This document shows positions 1-12,571 of a stretch of 64,000 nucleotides of DNA, piece after piece; position 1 is the first letter of the stretch, and every line of letters starts with the position of its first letter. The translations under genes and the position numbers were made by a program. Location of the stretch: positions 211,110,001 to 211,174,000 of the forward strand of contig OZ024740.1 in assembly GCA_964016885.1 (NCBI GenBank). Direction: 5' to 3'. The stretch is from Eledone cirrhosa (lineage: Eukaryota). The notes below the pieces were generated by a model that ran no database searches, was not told the DNA's origin, and worked only from the letters and a program-made list of their open reading frames with translations.

Positions 1-36
<36 letters not shown>

Positions 37-779
37 TATATTTCCCAATGATTTCTTTTGAATGAGACAGTTCTCGTCCTGTAGAATCCTTTTCTATATT
101 AAACATGATATATATATGTGGTAGCTTGGAAAATGGACATTAAATGGTGATGATGATGATGATGATGATGATGTGTCTACTCTCGGGTCTTGAATAATCA
201 TCCGTCTCCACCCAACTTTCTTAGTTCTTCAGATTTTTTTCAACCCCCACCCACTCTTATTCCAAACCCCATTTATTAAATTTTGCTAATCTATCTCTGA
301 CAAAATTTTATTTTAAATGGTAGCATTCCTGTGACAATTTTTTTGATACATTAAAAAACATTATACATGACAAAAAAAGTACATTACTATAAATACCATG
401 TTATAAAATAAATAGGATGGGTAAACAACTAATTCTAGTTTTTTTTTAAAATCAACAGAGACAACCTAGATCCCCACCTCCTCCCATTATTTGAGACTGG
501 TTTATATACGCCATCTAAACAATGTATTGATTAGCTGCCTTGGCTTATAAATGGGGTTTGGATTTTTGCATTTTGGATTTTTTAGTTTTGAATAGAACAT
601 AACATCTCTAATGCTGGTGCCACAATAAAGTACCAAGTACACTTTGGTAATAGAATGAGCATCCAGTTATAGAGACTAAGTCAAAGATGGTTTTCTGAGC
701 TGCCTAGGAGGGCAGTAAATCTGAAAGAGAACTGAAATGACTGGTTTAACTCATATCACCAAGGAAAGCAGATGCTGGG

Positions 780-1455
780 ACAGGGCTCAAGATAAACAAG
801 ATCAACACCACTGCCAACACACCAGTCACAGTCGGTGGAGAGCCCATTACGTTTGTCTATGTAGGAAGTGTGGTTGATTGACGTGGGGGAACTGACTGAG
901 ACATCACAGCCAGGATTTGTATGGCAAGGGCAGCTTTCATCTTGCTAAAGAACATCTGGGCATCAAAAGAGATCTGACCAAGAACTAAATGTCACATCTT
1001 CAAATCCAATGTGAAGGTGGTACTGCTGTACGGATGTGAAACTTGGAGGACAACAAAGAAGATACAGCAGAAGATCCAGACATTCTTCAACACCTGTCTG
1101 TAGTACATCTATAACATCAAATGGCCAGAGAAAATCAGAAACAAATATCTGTGTGGGCGAGTGGAACAGAAACCAGTGGCAAAGCTGATTCTGTAGAAGA
1201 AGTGGTGCTGGATTGGACATACCTTTAAGAAACTAGCATCCAACACCACAGACCAAGCCCTGACCTGAAACCCAACAGGTAAGAGGAAGTGAGGCTGGCC
1301 CTGTGGCAACTGAAGGCGTGACACTGAGGCTGAATTAAGAAACCTGGACGCCAACTGGAGTGGAGTGGTGAGAGCAGCCCAGGATCGTGTACAATGGTGG
1401 GGGGTCATCAATGGCCTATGCTCCACAGAGAGTATTGGGACTGAATGAATGAATG
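780..1455 (+). mobile_element. Degenerate 3' end of an RTE-clade LINE (BovB/SR2-like C-terminus) with (TGAA)n tail
   Basis: Broken frames read GLKINK..FVYVGSVV..ARAAF..LKNIW..VLLYGCETW..WCWIGHT..ALT*NPTGKRK..AQDRVQW, ending in TGAATGAATGAATGA. Confidence 0.85.
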
Positions 1456-1488
1456 ATATATATATATATATATATATAGGTATATATA

Positions 1489-1795
1489 AGACCCGGGACA
1501 GTATTACAGAAGACCTGACTTCCCATGGGTACAAGCCGAAGCTGAAGCATGTAGACAGTATGCCCCATCCTGCTCCCACTGTAAAGTGGTCATGTAGGTG
1601 CCACGATAAAAAGCACCCAGTACTCACTGTAAATGAGTTTGGTGTTAGGAAGGGCATCCAGCTATAGAAATCAAGCCAAAATCAGTTCTGTATGAGCAAG
1701 ACATGGTCACCTGACCTGGCATTACCCACAACAGGACAACTCGTCTAACCCATGCTATTGTCGAAGAATGGACGTAAAACACTGATGATGATGAT
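1489..1795 (+). mobile_element. Solo 3' UTR fragment of the PHD-RTE family
   Basis: Matches the 3' UTR at 44320-44660 and the reverse complement of 61978-62310 (cactgtaaa..ggtgttaggaagggcatccagct); ends in (GAT)n and starts next to (TA)n. Confidence 0.85.
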
Positions 1796-2389
1796 ATATA
1801 CATGGTTGAAATGGCCATTAAGGATATGTCAGAACAAAAGTTGCACGATCTTGTATGATGTCTACTACATTAGACCAAATATGTTGGTATAAAAGCTCTA
1901 CTTTGTTAGGAATAAAGTCAGGATTAACAGTTGCTAGTAATTACTTAATTTTTCTTATCCATATCTTAAACTTCTTACCATATTGAAGAGAGTTTGTTGT
2001 AATGTAAAATTTGTTCAAATTATAATGTCCATTTTGATTCAGTGATTAATAACTTTTAAATGGATTAAATTGCTTTGATAAAGTTCCAGATATAATATTT
2101 AAATCAATTTAAATGCAACATTTATAGTCTGTAGCCATAGATGGTGTGGTACAGGAAGATGTAACAGACAGCATTATTTTTTATAGGTAAACAGCTCTTA
2201 ACATAACACATACTAATAGAACCAAAATCAATTTAGAATCCCTATTAGCATCTTCCAATTTTTAAAGTCAATATTCTATGTTAAAGTGTTATACTTGTCA
2301 TGAGGTCATCTTAGAAGCATTGGTTTATGGCCAGATGACCTCTTTTAGTTGTCTTTTACATATAGAGATGTGGTGTACATATTCTAAAC

Positions 2390-4340
2390 TGGACACGGAC
2401 ACACCAGATACAGTTCTGGGACCAACAGAGGAAGTAGCTGGGGAAGAAATTGAGGAAACATTGAGAAAGATGAAGAGTGGGAGGGTAGGAGTTGTGAGAG
2501 ATTTGTTAAAGGTAGTGGGAGGGTAGGAGTTGGGGAAGAGGTGTTAAAAGTAGTGGGAGGGCAAGAGTTGTGGGAGGGCAGGGGTTGTGGGAGGGCACGA
2601 GTTGTGGGAGATGTGTTGAAGGTAGTGGAAAGTTGCAGTGTAAAGAGGATTACAGAGATATGTAGGTTGGTGGTAAAAGAATACCATATTCCAGTAAATT
2701 GAAACTTTAGTAAAGGGGGGAAAGATGATCCTGTAGAATGTAGCTCATATTAAACTACTGGGGTGTGGTAAAGGAAGGAAGATGATCCTGTAGAATGTAG
2801 CTCATATTAAACTATTGGGGTGTGGTAAAGGAGGGAAGATGATCCTGTAGAATGTAGCTCATATTAAACTACTGGGGTGTGGTAAAGGAAGGAAGATGAT
2901 CCTGTAGAATGTAGCTCATATTAAACTACTGGGGTGTGGTAAAGGAGGGAAGATGATCCTGTAGCTCATATTGAGCATTAAACTACTGGGGTGTGGTAAA
3001 GGAGGGAAGATGATCCTGTAGAATGTAGCTCATATTGAGCAATTAAACTACTGGGGTGTGGTAAAGGGGGAAGATGATCCTGTAGAATGTAGCTCATATT
3101 AAACTATTGGGGTGTGGAATCAGAACAAATGTTCGAGAAGAGGATAAGGAAAAAGTGAGGATGATGAAATGTAGTTTGGACTTGTGCTGGGAAATGGAAC
3201 AACTGACGCAATTGTTATTGTGAGAAGTACAGGGATAAGAGGAAGAATTTGTTTTGGAGTTTTGTTGATCTGAGGAAAGCTTTCAATAGGGTTCCATGCC
3301 AGGTAGTGACATGGGCATTAAGATCGTTGACAGTGGAGGAATAGTTGGTTAGAATAGTGACAACAATGTATGAGAGAGTGTTCACCCTCATAAGGATAAA
3401 AGGGTAGGAACAGTTACAAGTTTGAAGTGAAGGTTGGAGTGTATTAGGGATCTGTATTTAGCCCACTACTATTTGTAGTTGTGTTGAAGGTGCTGGCCCC
3501 AAGTGTAAAGGAAAGTTTACAAGGTCATTTGCTGTAAGCAGATGACAAAAGGAATGATGAAGGTGGTGGCAGTGGTAAAGAATTTGGTAGGGTGGAAAGA
3601 ACAGGAAGTATAGTGTGCAGGAAAGAATTTGGAGTGGACTCCATTAAATGTACAATATACACTAGGTATGTACAGTGAAAATGTAGTGATGTGAAGGAAT
3701 TACTAAATAATGTGGTAGTTATAGTTAAGTGTAAAGTGTGGAGGGAGTTAGCTATACATAGAGAGTATGTTGAGAATGGTTGGAAGAGGGATGGTGTGAA
3801 AATGTTTTAAGTTGGAGACATGTTGAATGGAGAAGTCAGATGTGCATGGAAGAACTGAGTAGTGTGTTGAGCAAGGGAGGAGTTTCATTGAAACTGAAAG
3901 GAAAGATGTATGCTGCATGTGTAAGAAATGCTGTAATTTATGGGAGTGAGATTTGAGTGATGACTGTGGAGCAATAGAGAAGGCTGGAAATAACCAAAAT
4001 GAGAAAATGTTGGTGGTTGAATAAAGTATCAGAGAGGGAGGGAGAGGGAGAGAGTGACAGAAAGAATAGCAAAGGATAATCGGAAGAGAACTAATAATGA
4101 ATGATGTGAAGAGAAATGGAATGAGACAGAGTTACAGAGTTGTGTCAAGGAGGATGAATGTGAATGGGTGAAAGGAGCTATGAAAATGAATATGGAAGGA
4201 AGTAGAAGGGGAAAACCAAGAAAAATATGGCTAAAAATGATGGAAGCAGAAATGAAAGGCTTGGTGAGTGGGGATGTAAACAATAGGGAAAAATAGAGAA
4301 ACTTGTTATGGAGTTTGCAGTGCTAACCCCAACTTTAGCA
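2390..4340 (+). mobile_element. Old, heavily degenerate RTE LINE (RT to C-terminus)
   Basis: Remnants GPTEEV..LRKMKSG, FGLVLGNGTTDAI, FVDL.KAFNRVP, GSVFSPLLFVVV, LKLKGKMYAACVR..YGSE. Confidence 0.8.
2710..3117 (+). repeat. Minisatellite, 57-bp unit x7, inside the RTE RT region
   Basis: Unit taaaggagggaagatgatcctgtagaatgtagctcatattaaactactggggtgtgg starts at 2769, 2826, 2883, 2940; seven gatgatcc cores. Confidence 0.95.
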
Positions 4341-4814
4341 GGAAAAATAGCCTTAAAACACTTGTGTTTCATCCAAGTTTAAAAATTAATCTTACTCTTA
4401 TATGGCCTTCACTTTTATTTTAACATTTGATATCATCACATGACAATCCCTGGCCTACTGGTTAAGGTGTTGGACTCCTAGACTAGGTGGCTTTGTTTAA
4501 GATTGCTTTTAATAATAGGACTTAATAAAGCACACAAGAAGCCTCATATGTGATATAACCTTGTAAGAGGCCAACTGAATCTGTATGGAAGTGAGCTGTA
4601 TATTACATTCTTTTATCACCACTTTTATATGAACAAAGTTATATCAGTTTATAGCAAGCGTGTGCAGTTCTGAGATACCCAAGCACCTGTAGCTTTAAAC
4701 ATTTTAAAGTTAGGCCCTTACAAGTTCCCAAAGTAATTAATTAAGGTGCAACACAACCAACAAAGGTAACAAGCTTAAATTCTATCACTAGCATAGCATT
4801 GTTTGATAAGACAT

Positions 4815-4935
4815 TACAAAGGGGTGCTGAAATGTTCCTGGCTTTGTGTAAAAGAAAATACTAGGAGGATCAGTTAATTATGATTTTATTCAACATATTC
4901 TCCTCTCAGATTCACACACTTATTGCAGCAGTCCT
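4815..4935 (+). mobile_element. Mariner-type transposon terminal fragment
   Basis: TA..ggggtgctgaaatgttcctggcttt..tattcaacatattctcctctcagattcacacactt resembles a mariner TIR and subterminal region; no partner TIR seen. Confidence 0.6.
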
Positions 4936-5831
4936 ACCTTCCCTGTAAACATAACAGCTCTACACTTTCATGATACCCTTAAAAACAAGAACCCTTTCAT
5001 ATTTGTCTTAGTGAGTACATCTGAAATAGAGCAACACTTCAACATAGAATGGTCAGATATGAGAAGAGATCCAACTATTAAGTACCATAAAATAATTTCA
5101 GAGAAAGCCAAAATGTGAAAAGTCAATTACTGTTTTCTTCTATTTATTCTAAACCTGAAATTATTTATCACATGAAATTAGTAAAGTTTGTAATAATAAA
5201 ATGACTGCGGAAAAGCTTGCTTCTGGATATTGTGTCAGTTATTCATGGTATAGAGAGAATGTGTCAATAGACTTTACAAAATGGAAGAAGGAGAGAGAAA
5301 GGGTCGAGGGGATTATTGATTTCAAGTTTAGTTGAAATGAAGGAGCTATGTAAGGAGTTTCAAGTGAAGGAGAATGTTGTCCGATTCACCCCAAAACCAA
5401 TGAATATGTATCGTTTCCCTTTTGAAATATATTTTAACATCCCAATTAAAAACAATAGTAAATAGAAAAAAAATGTTTAATTAGTGATATGAATTATTAC
5501 AGGTCCAATTAATACATTAGGCAATAATTAATCTTTCTCCACTAAATGTGTTTATACAGGTATAATCCTATACACACTTTCAAGCCTGTCAGTGTTCTAT
5601 ACACATATTCAAACATATCAATGATGGCGGAATTAGCCTTTAAAGAAGACGATAATATAACCATAAAGGTTTCTAACACAATGTTGAGTGATTCTTTATA
5701 ATTATAGTGGTGAGGACAGATGGTGACACTTGGGAACACACATAATGGTGAGGACGGTGATGGTGACACCGGGGGACACATAGTGGTGGTGACTTCTAAA
5801 AACATACACAAATACATTTTCTTAATCTCTA

Positions 5832-5990
5832 TTAACCTTTAGCATTTAAACTAGCCATATCTGGCCAGAATTCTCTCACCTCTTTCTGTTCAAACCAGCT
5901 ATAACTGGCTGCTCATACTGATGTTAAGGTATTGTTCTCAAAATAAACAACATCAAAATCTCACATATTCAATATTATGTGAGATAATTA
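5832..5990 (+). mobile_element. TTAA-start (piggyBac-like) MITE fragment
   Basis: Begins ttaacctttagcatttaaac; resembles a recalled common cephalopod repeat. Confidence 0.4.
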
Positions 5991-6338
5991 TGTGTGGTAA
6001 AGCCTTACCACAAAAATACAATAGTATATATAGAGTAATGCAAATAGTAACGGGTTACTATAGTATATATAAAGTAATGTAAATAGTAAAGGGTTCAGCC
6101 TTGTTTCAAGATTGTCAAAGATTTTGTTTTACTTCATATTACAGATACTTTTAGAACTCTTAATCTTAAGACACACAACTACAAGCATACACAAAAATAC
6201 ATACATATACACACACAGACAATGACATGCATACATTCAAATACATACATACACACACAACTATATGTATACACACAAATACATACATACACACAAATAT
6301 ATACACACACTCCAACAGGTTTGCGGTCGAACCTGTAA

Positions 6339-6738
6339 CAGTGGAGACTTCTGGTGACCTTGCCCCTAGGACAACCTCCCTACTCACCATCATCAGCACC
6401 CCTTAGCAGTGGAGACCTCTGGGGACCTTGGCCCAAGGACCACCTCCCTACTCACCATCATCAGCACCCCTTAGCACTGGAGTCTTCTGGTGACCTTGGC
6501 CCTAGGACCACCTCCCTACTCACCATCATCAGCACCCCTAAGGAGTGGAGACCTCTGGTGACCTTGGCCCTAAGACCACCTCCCTACTCACCACCATCGG
6601 CACTCCTTAGCACTGGAGACTTCTGGTGACCTTGGCCCTAGGACCACCTCCCTATTCACCACCATTGGCACCCTTTAGCAGTGGAGACTTCTGGTGTCCT
6701 TGGCCCTAGGACCACCTCCCTGCTCAACACCATCAGCA
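6339..6738 (+). repeat. GC-rich minisatellite, 68-bp unit x~6
   Basis: cagtggagacttctggtgaccttggccctaggaccacctccctactcaccatcatcagcaccccttag at 6339, 6407, 6475, 6543, 6611, 6679. Confidence 0.95.
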
Positions 6739-7937
6739 CAGAGTTGACTACTCACAGGTGAGACTCATCAGCCGGAATCACTCCTCCAACATGTCTCCCT
6801 CACCATCCTCCGGGGAAACACCTCTAATTTGTCAACCGGAACCACGGGGCAGCCTGTATGTGGGCTCCCATTTACTTATAACAGTGAGAGAGACGAAGGC
6901 AGTGAGTGAAAGAGAGAACATCAACACACACACACACACTTGATAAAACAACAATAGATGTTACTACACTCTTATCTCTAACATATCACTTTCATTGATA
7001 AAGTTAAGAGAAATTCCTCTAACCACTGCCACATCTCATGTCAATAAAATAAGTAGACTTTAATGTGAAATGAATGCATTGACTGGTATTGCACATTGCT
7101 TTATTGTTCGTGACATAACTACCTAGCTCAAATATTTCTTTTTTTTTTGGGGGGGGGGGGTAATTTCAGGAAGTTTTCTTGATTTAGTCATGGAAACTGT
7201 CGTCTATCTAAGTTTCTTAAAGGTAACAAGCAATTCTGATGTCAGGATTTCAAATATAGAAGTAAGAAGTATAACATTCAGCATTCTTCAATTATTTATT
7301 AGATAAATTCATTTCAATTTACTTTTCTATATTTCTCGGTATTTACAGGTACTGTAAATACATAGGACTGATTTACAGGTACTGTAAATACACAGGAGGA
7401 GGAGGAAGAGGAGTGATAAAATCAATCATTGAGGCACAGTTGAGTTGATAGTGTGTAAACCAGAGATTACTATCAGCACACAAGGTGATGGTGTAATCTA
7501 AAAGGAAGCTTGCAATCCAAGAGATGAGAAAGAGATAAAACCTAAAGGCAGATAGCTTACTACAAGATCCTCATGCCAAAGTTAAATACTTTGATAACCC
7601 GTCTAACCCATGCTAGCGTGGAAGATAGATATTAAATGATGATGATGAACATCACAGATACAATAACATTGATTTAATTGTATATCTGAAAAGCAAGGGA
7701 TGACCAGGTATGAAGTGTGTAGGGTTCCAGTAGATATAGTTCAATAGATTATGTGATGTACTAGAAGACACTGAGGCAAAAAAGGGATTAAATATGTTGA
7801 AGGGAATGATTGTTAATGACTATTTCCATAACTTTGAAATAGGTCAATAGTTGGTTAAAAAGGTTACCCTTCTTGGGGATGGGACAAACTGTGGTATGCT
7901 TCCAAAGATTGGGTAGCTCCCTGCAAAGAGAGTAAAA

Positions 7938-8172
7938 TTAACCCTTTCATGGCCATATTTCTAATGAAATACAGTTTATTTTAAATAATTAATGAAGAAT
8001 TTTGAGAGATTTACTAAAATTAGTTATTTCATTACTATGATAGTAACTTAATGTAAAGTTCTTATATAAAATTATGTTGAAAGATTTTAATTTAAATTGG
8101 AAACCTTTAAAATGGGTGGTTTTGTTTCATAGAAACAGGGCCAATTTTTGGTTGGTTGGTAACTTTAGTTAA
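7938..8172 (+). mobile_element. TTAA-bounded MITE (piggyBac-like); inverted sister copy at 31686-31913
   Basis: ttaaccctttcatggccatatttc...ggtaactttagttaa aligns with the reverse complement of 31686-31913. Confidence 0.65.
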
Positions 8173-8989
8173 AGAACTTGGCAAGGAGAGGGAAAAACCC
8201 TGGTGTTAATTTAAAACAACCAGAGGCATTTCTGTAACATAACATTCAAGTATACATGGTGATGGGTCTGATAGAGTGGAGGAAGTTTCCGGCAATATGG
8301 GTAAGAAGGAGTGCTCTTGAATTGTGAAAGCTGGAATGAGAATGGGCTGAAAGAAGTCTAGGGAGAGAGTGCTTCTGATGATAATGGAGGGGCTTCTTAT
8401 TCAGTGAAGGGTAGACTGTGTAATGCCTATGTGTGAGTGGTGATGTTGCATGGCAGTGAGACATAGCCCTTAACTGCAGAGGACCTGGGAGGGCTAAAAG
8501 GTGCAGAGAATGCTCTTCAATAAAGTCAATGATTGTCAATCTTTCTAGTGCTGGTGCTATGATGGGGTAGACCCATTACATACTGACTGTCTATGTAGAC
8601 CTGTCCTACCCTTGCTAGCCCCGCTTCAGTACTGACTTAGTCTAAGTAGACCTGTCCTACCCTTGCTAGCAGGGAAAGCAGATGTTACAACGATGATGAT
8701 TTAATATATTAACTCTATCATTTTTATCAAAATTGCTGGTCTTTTGCCTAAATCAGAAACCATTATTATGGAACAGGAATCAAATGTAGTTCTCCATATA
8801 AAATCTCAAAGAAGAAAGAAACTACTTCAACATGGAAGCACCTCGCTGATGTTTTCTGTGGTAGGGCTTCTGGTGCCAACATTGGGGGGATAAGCCATAA
8901 GTATAACTACAGAAAACTTGAAAGCTTGCTGTTGAACTGTTTACAACTGACCATAATTATATATAGGTAAGTATTCATCAAAGATAGGT

Positions 8990-10045
8990 GTTCAAGTCCT
9001 GATAGTTTATTATAGTTTTCCAGGCCAAATGAAGGAGTTTAATCTGGTTGTCTAATGGAACTGCTATGTACTGATTACCTAGGTCTGAATCTAGAAAAGA
9101 AATACCAAATGTAAAACCAAAACCTAAAATTGTAGAGAATCAGACTTAGCAAAGACAAAACTTTTAATAATTGTTTCTACTTTTGGCACAAGGCCAGCAA
9201 TTACCCAGTGCATTACTGGTACTTTATTTTATCGACCCCGTAAGGATGAAAGGCAAAGTTAACCTCGGCGGGATTTGAACTCAGAATGGCAAGGGCCATA
9301 ACTCTATGCGTCAAAGCATGGCGTCCAACCCTCTACCGATACTGCCAATCCACCGAGGAAAGACAAGATCTTGTCTTTCCTCGGTGAAATGGCCATACTC
9401 AATATACAGTAAAAAAAGTAGGTAGGATTTCTATACTATGTACTCAATGTAAATTATAGGTACACAAGAGGTGTAGAGGGATAACAGGTAGGTTAACAGA
9501 AAATGTAGACTTTGTAAGGAGCAGACACACAAAAGAAATCAGCAATCAAAGAACTAGTAAAATGACTGACATCTTTTCAACGTTTAGAAAACTCCATAGA
9601 AGTAGTTAACAGCTTCTGTTACTCAGGTGGCCTAATTAACTGTAACAGAGGTTTCTCTCAAAATATAGTAGTTAGAATAAGAACACAGTGGAAAAAGTTC
9701 AGGGAGCTATTTCCTTGTTGGCAATAAAGGGATTCTCTCTCTAAACAAAAGATAGACTGAGTGATGCTTGTGTACTTGTTGCAATGTTGCAAGTTATGGG
9801 CATTAAAAGCAGAGGATGTAGAAAGGATGGAATGTGTGCATGAATGACAAAGAGATGACATGAGAAGAAAACTGGAAAGAAAAGAAATGAGTTATTGTGT
9901 GCAACAGAGGACAACGTGCTGGTAGATAGATGTGATGTATGCGAATAACAGATGGGTAAGGAAGTCCCAGGAGATTCAAATCGAAGGAAACTTGAGAAGA
10001 GGAAGACCAAGGAAGATGTTAGTAATGGTGAAATTGATGAAAATA
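8990..10045 (+). mobile_element. Degenerate PHD-RTE LINE, interrupted by a SINE
   Basis: Remnants SGCLMELL, LEKKYQ, LAKTKLLI | KWP, CTQCKL.VHKRC, VVNSFCY, WKKFRELFP, GRPRK. Confidence 0.75.
9170..9355 (-). mobile_element. tRNA-derived SINE
   Basis: Minus strand has an A-box-like tggcagtatcggtag and B-box gagttcaaatccc, body ttgcctttcatccttacggggtcgataaaataaagtacc; copies at 12009, 12572-12985, 43015. Confidence 0.9.
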
Positions 10046-10104
10046 ATTGTGAATGAGTTGAGAAAGAAAGAGAAGCACTGATATTTGTTGTTGTAGTGGT
10101 TGTG

Positions 10105-10760
10105 GTGGTGGTTGTGACATTGCTGTCACCACTACTACTACTATTACTACTACAACCAAGACTACCAACATTATATTTTATAAATATCTTTTCTTTATTC
10201 ATAAAGATATCTCATTACTCAAGTAAGATTTGAACTAAACAAATATATATAGTACATCAACGAAACTTTAATACACCAGATTGAACCTAAAATATAAGAA
10301 TTTATTTTACTTAATATGAATATAGAATATTAGAATATAAAATTTGTTAAAATTAAATCATATTGATTTTCTTTTTACTGTACATTGTTCTGTGAAATAT
10401 CAAAAACCATGAAAAATAACTAACATTCAAATTGTACAAACATGAACTGCAATGTCACTGCAATATAATATTGCATACATTTATTCCCTCCATTCCCCAC
10501 CGGATTTTATCATGATTTCATAGTGAAGATGAATAATTCATATTTACTGTGGAATTTCTGCCAATACATCTCATTAAATATAATATTTCCTAGTTATTGT
10601 TTTGAAATGACATGTTGTTGTTGTTGTCTTAGTGTACTCAAACAAGAAATTAAAATTTGAAAGTGTCTATTGTTACTGTACATCAGCAAAAACCCAACCA
10701 ATCATCTATTTTTGTTATATCAACCAATCATCTTTGTTACAATCCATTTTATAGCAAATA
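10105..10760. repeat. Dispersed repeat, homologous to 34155-34830
   Basis: Shared collinear blocks (gtgacattg..ctaccaacat; ccagattgaa; catagtgaag..tgtggaattt). Confidence 0.6.
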
Positions 10761-12008
10761 ATTTAGTAACAATTAATTACGTTTCATGTGAAAACCCAAA
10801 GGATAGGCCAAAAGCAGCCTGTTGTCTCTCTTGTTCTCTCACTCTCTCATATGTTTCTTTCTTTCTCCCACTCTCTCATATGTCTCTTTTTTTCTCCCAC
10901 TCTCCCTCATGTCTCTTTCTCTCTCTTTCTCATGCTGTCTCTCACTCTTTTTCTCTCATGCAATCTTTCTCCCTCTCTCTCTCACCCTACTTCCTCAGTC
11001 AACTCACTCTCACTTCCTTCTGTAAGTTATGTCCAGCTAAATAACATCTTGTTTTGCTATTATGTTCCTCTTTTCTTCAATAACCACCAATAATTGTAGT
11101 ATTATTTATTAATACTATTTATTGTTAACTTAATTCATTACTCTTACTAGCAGAAAAACCACCCCTCGGGTGGTTTTCTGCTAGCATGTGTAGTGTGTAT
11201 ATTGATAGTATACACAAGTATATATACATGTAGATATGATACATCAAATAAAATCGTAATTGACAATATAAACAGAAATTGAACGAAGACGTTGTTACAC
11301 TGTCCTATGTAATCAGTAACGTAATCCATGATACACTAAAAAAAGACGATATTATATATAAACTGCATTAGGAGAAAATTAGTATGTTTATTTAAGTGAT
11401 CGCCACCGGAAGTGTTGACATCACACACTCTCTCTTTCTATATATATGGTAGTTGAAGTTGTGGCAACGATATACCGGAAGTGCAACTTTGAAAAGAACT
11501 CAATTTTAAATTATTTATTTTTAAGAAATTATTTTTGTTTACGAAATTTAGTAGATAAATTATGTAATATTCATTCATTATTTATTCAAAGTAATCCAAC
11601 TTATTTTACTAACGGGATAAAAAAAAAAAAACTGTACGCTGTCCCGCAGACCTTCCTTTATTATAGTTTAGATTTTACCAGTAAAAATCCATAGAATAGA
11701 CCAGAAGCAGCATGCAATGGCACTCTATCTCTCTCTCTCTCTCTCTCTCTCACCTTATTTGCTCATTCAACACATTCATTTCCTTGGAAAAACCTGCTGT
11801 AAGTTATGTCCAATTAAAAACCATGTTTTGTTTCTATTTTCCTCTTCATTGATCACTAATAACTGTTAGTTATCACTAATAACTTATCACAAATATTATT
11901 CATAGTTAACAGTTAACTGATTAACCCATTTGATACCAAACCACCTCTGGTTCTATCATACAAACCTATTTATTTTAAAGTATTTATATTTATCTAAAAA
12001 TCTACCAT

Positions 12009-12196
12009 CGGTGAATTGGCAGTATCGGTAGAGGGTTGGATGCCATGCTTTCTAGCACAGTTACGTCCCTTTACAGTCTGAGTTCAAATCTCGCTGAGGT
12101 TAACTTTGCCTTTCATCCTTACGGGGTCGATAAAATAAAGTACCGGTAATGTACTGGGTATTTGCTCGCCTTGTGCCTAAAGTTGAAACAATTATT
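12009..12196 (+). mobile_element. tRNA-derived SINE (same family as 9170)
   Basis: cggtgaattggcagtatcggtagagg..gagttcaaatc..ttgtgcctaaagttgaaacaatta. Confidence 0.9.
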
Positions 12197-12571
12197 TTTT
12201 GTAGAGGGCAGTGGATTGGCAGTAATTTTTTGTTTAAAAATCTGTAGAATAGACCAGAAGCAACTTGCCATTGATATCCTCAATATGCCCACCCAATCCC
12301 CCCTCCCCCTTTCACCAACAGCAGTTTCTCTGAACTTTATTATGATGCACTGCTTTTAAAGTAGCGCCATAATTTTAGCCTTACCATGAAACTGCCACCA
12401 CAGACTTAACTCAGTGAATACACATTCAGTATCTTTATACATACTACATGTATAGATATTGCCAACAGCTTCACTCTATATTTATAAAGGTTTCATCTCA
12501 AATCATTACCATTATCAATGTGTGTGTGTGTGTGTGAGAGAGAGAGTCAATATATGTTTATGTATAATAAT

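Noticed and set aside
6740-6775. CUGAUGA on the minus strand as a hammerhead (also the SINE tail at 48286 and 45425)
   Set aside because: No GAAA after a closing stem II and no stems I or III
7339-7392. Duplicated hairpin gtatttacag-gta-ctgtaaatac / tandem splice acceptor
   Set aside because: Short AT-rich local duplication; no supporting reading frame or family
8190-8540. Possible CR1-like 3' remnant on the minus strand
   Set aside because: Similarity too weak to support by eye
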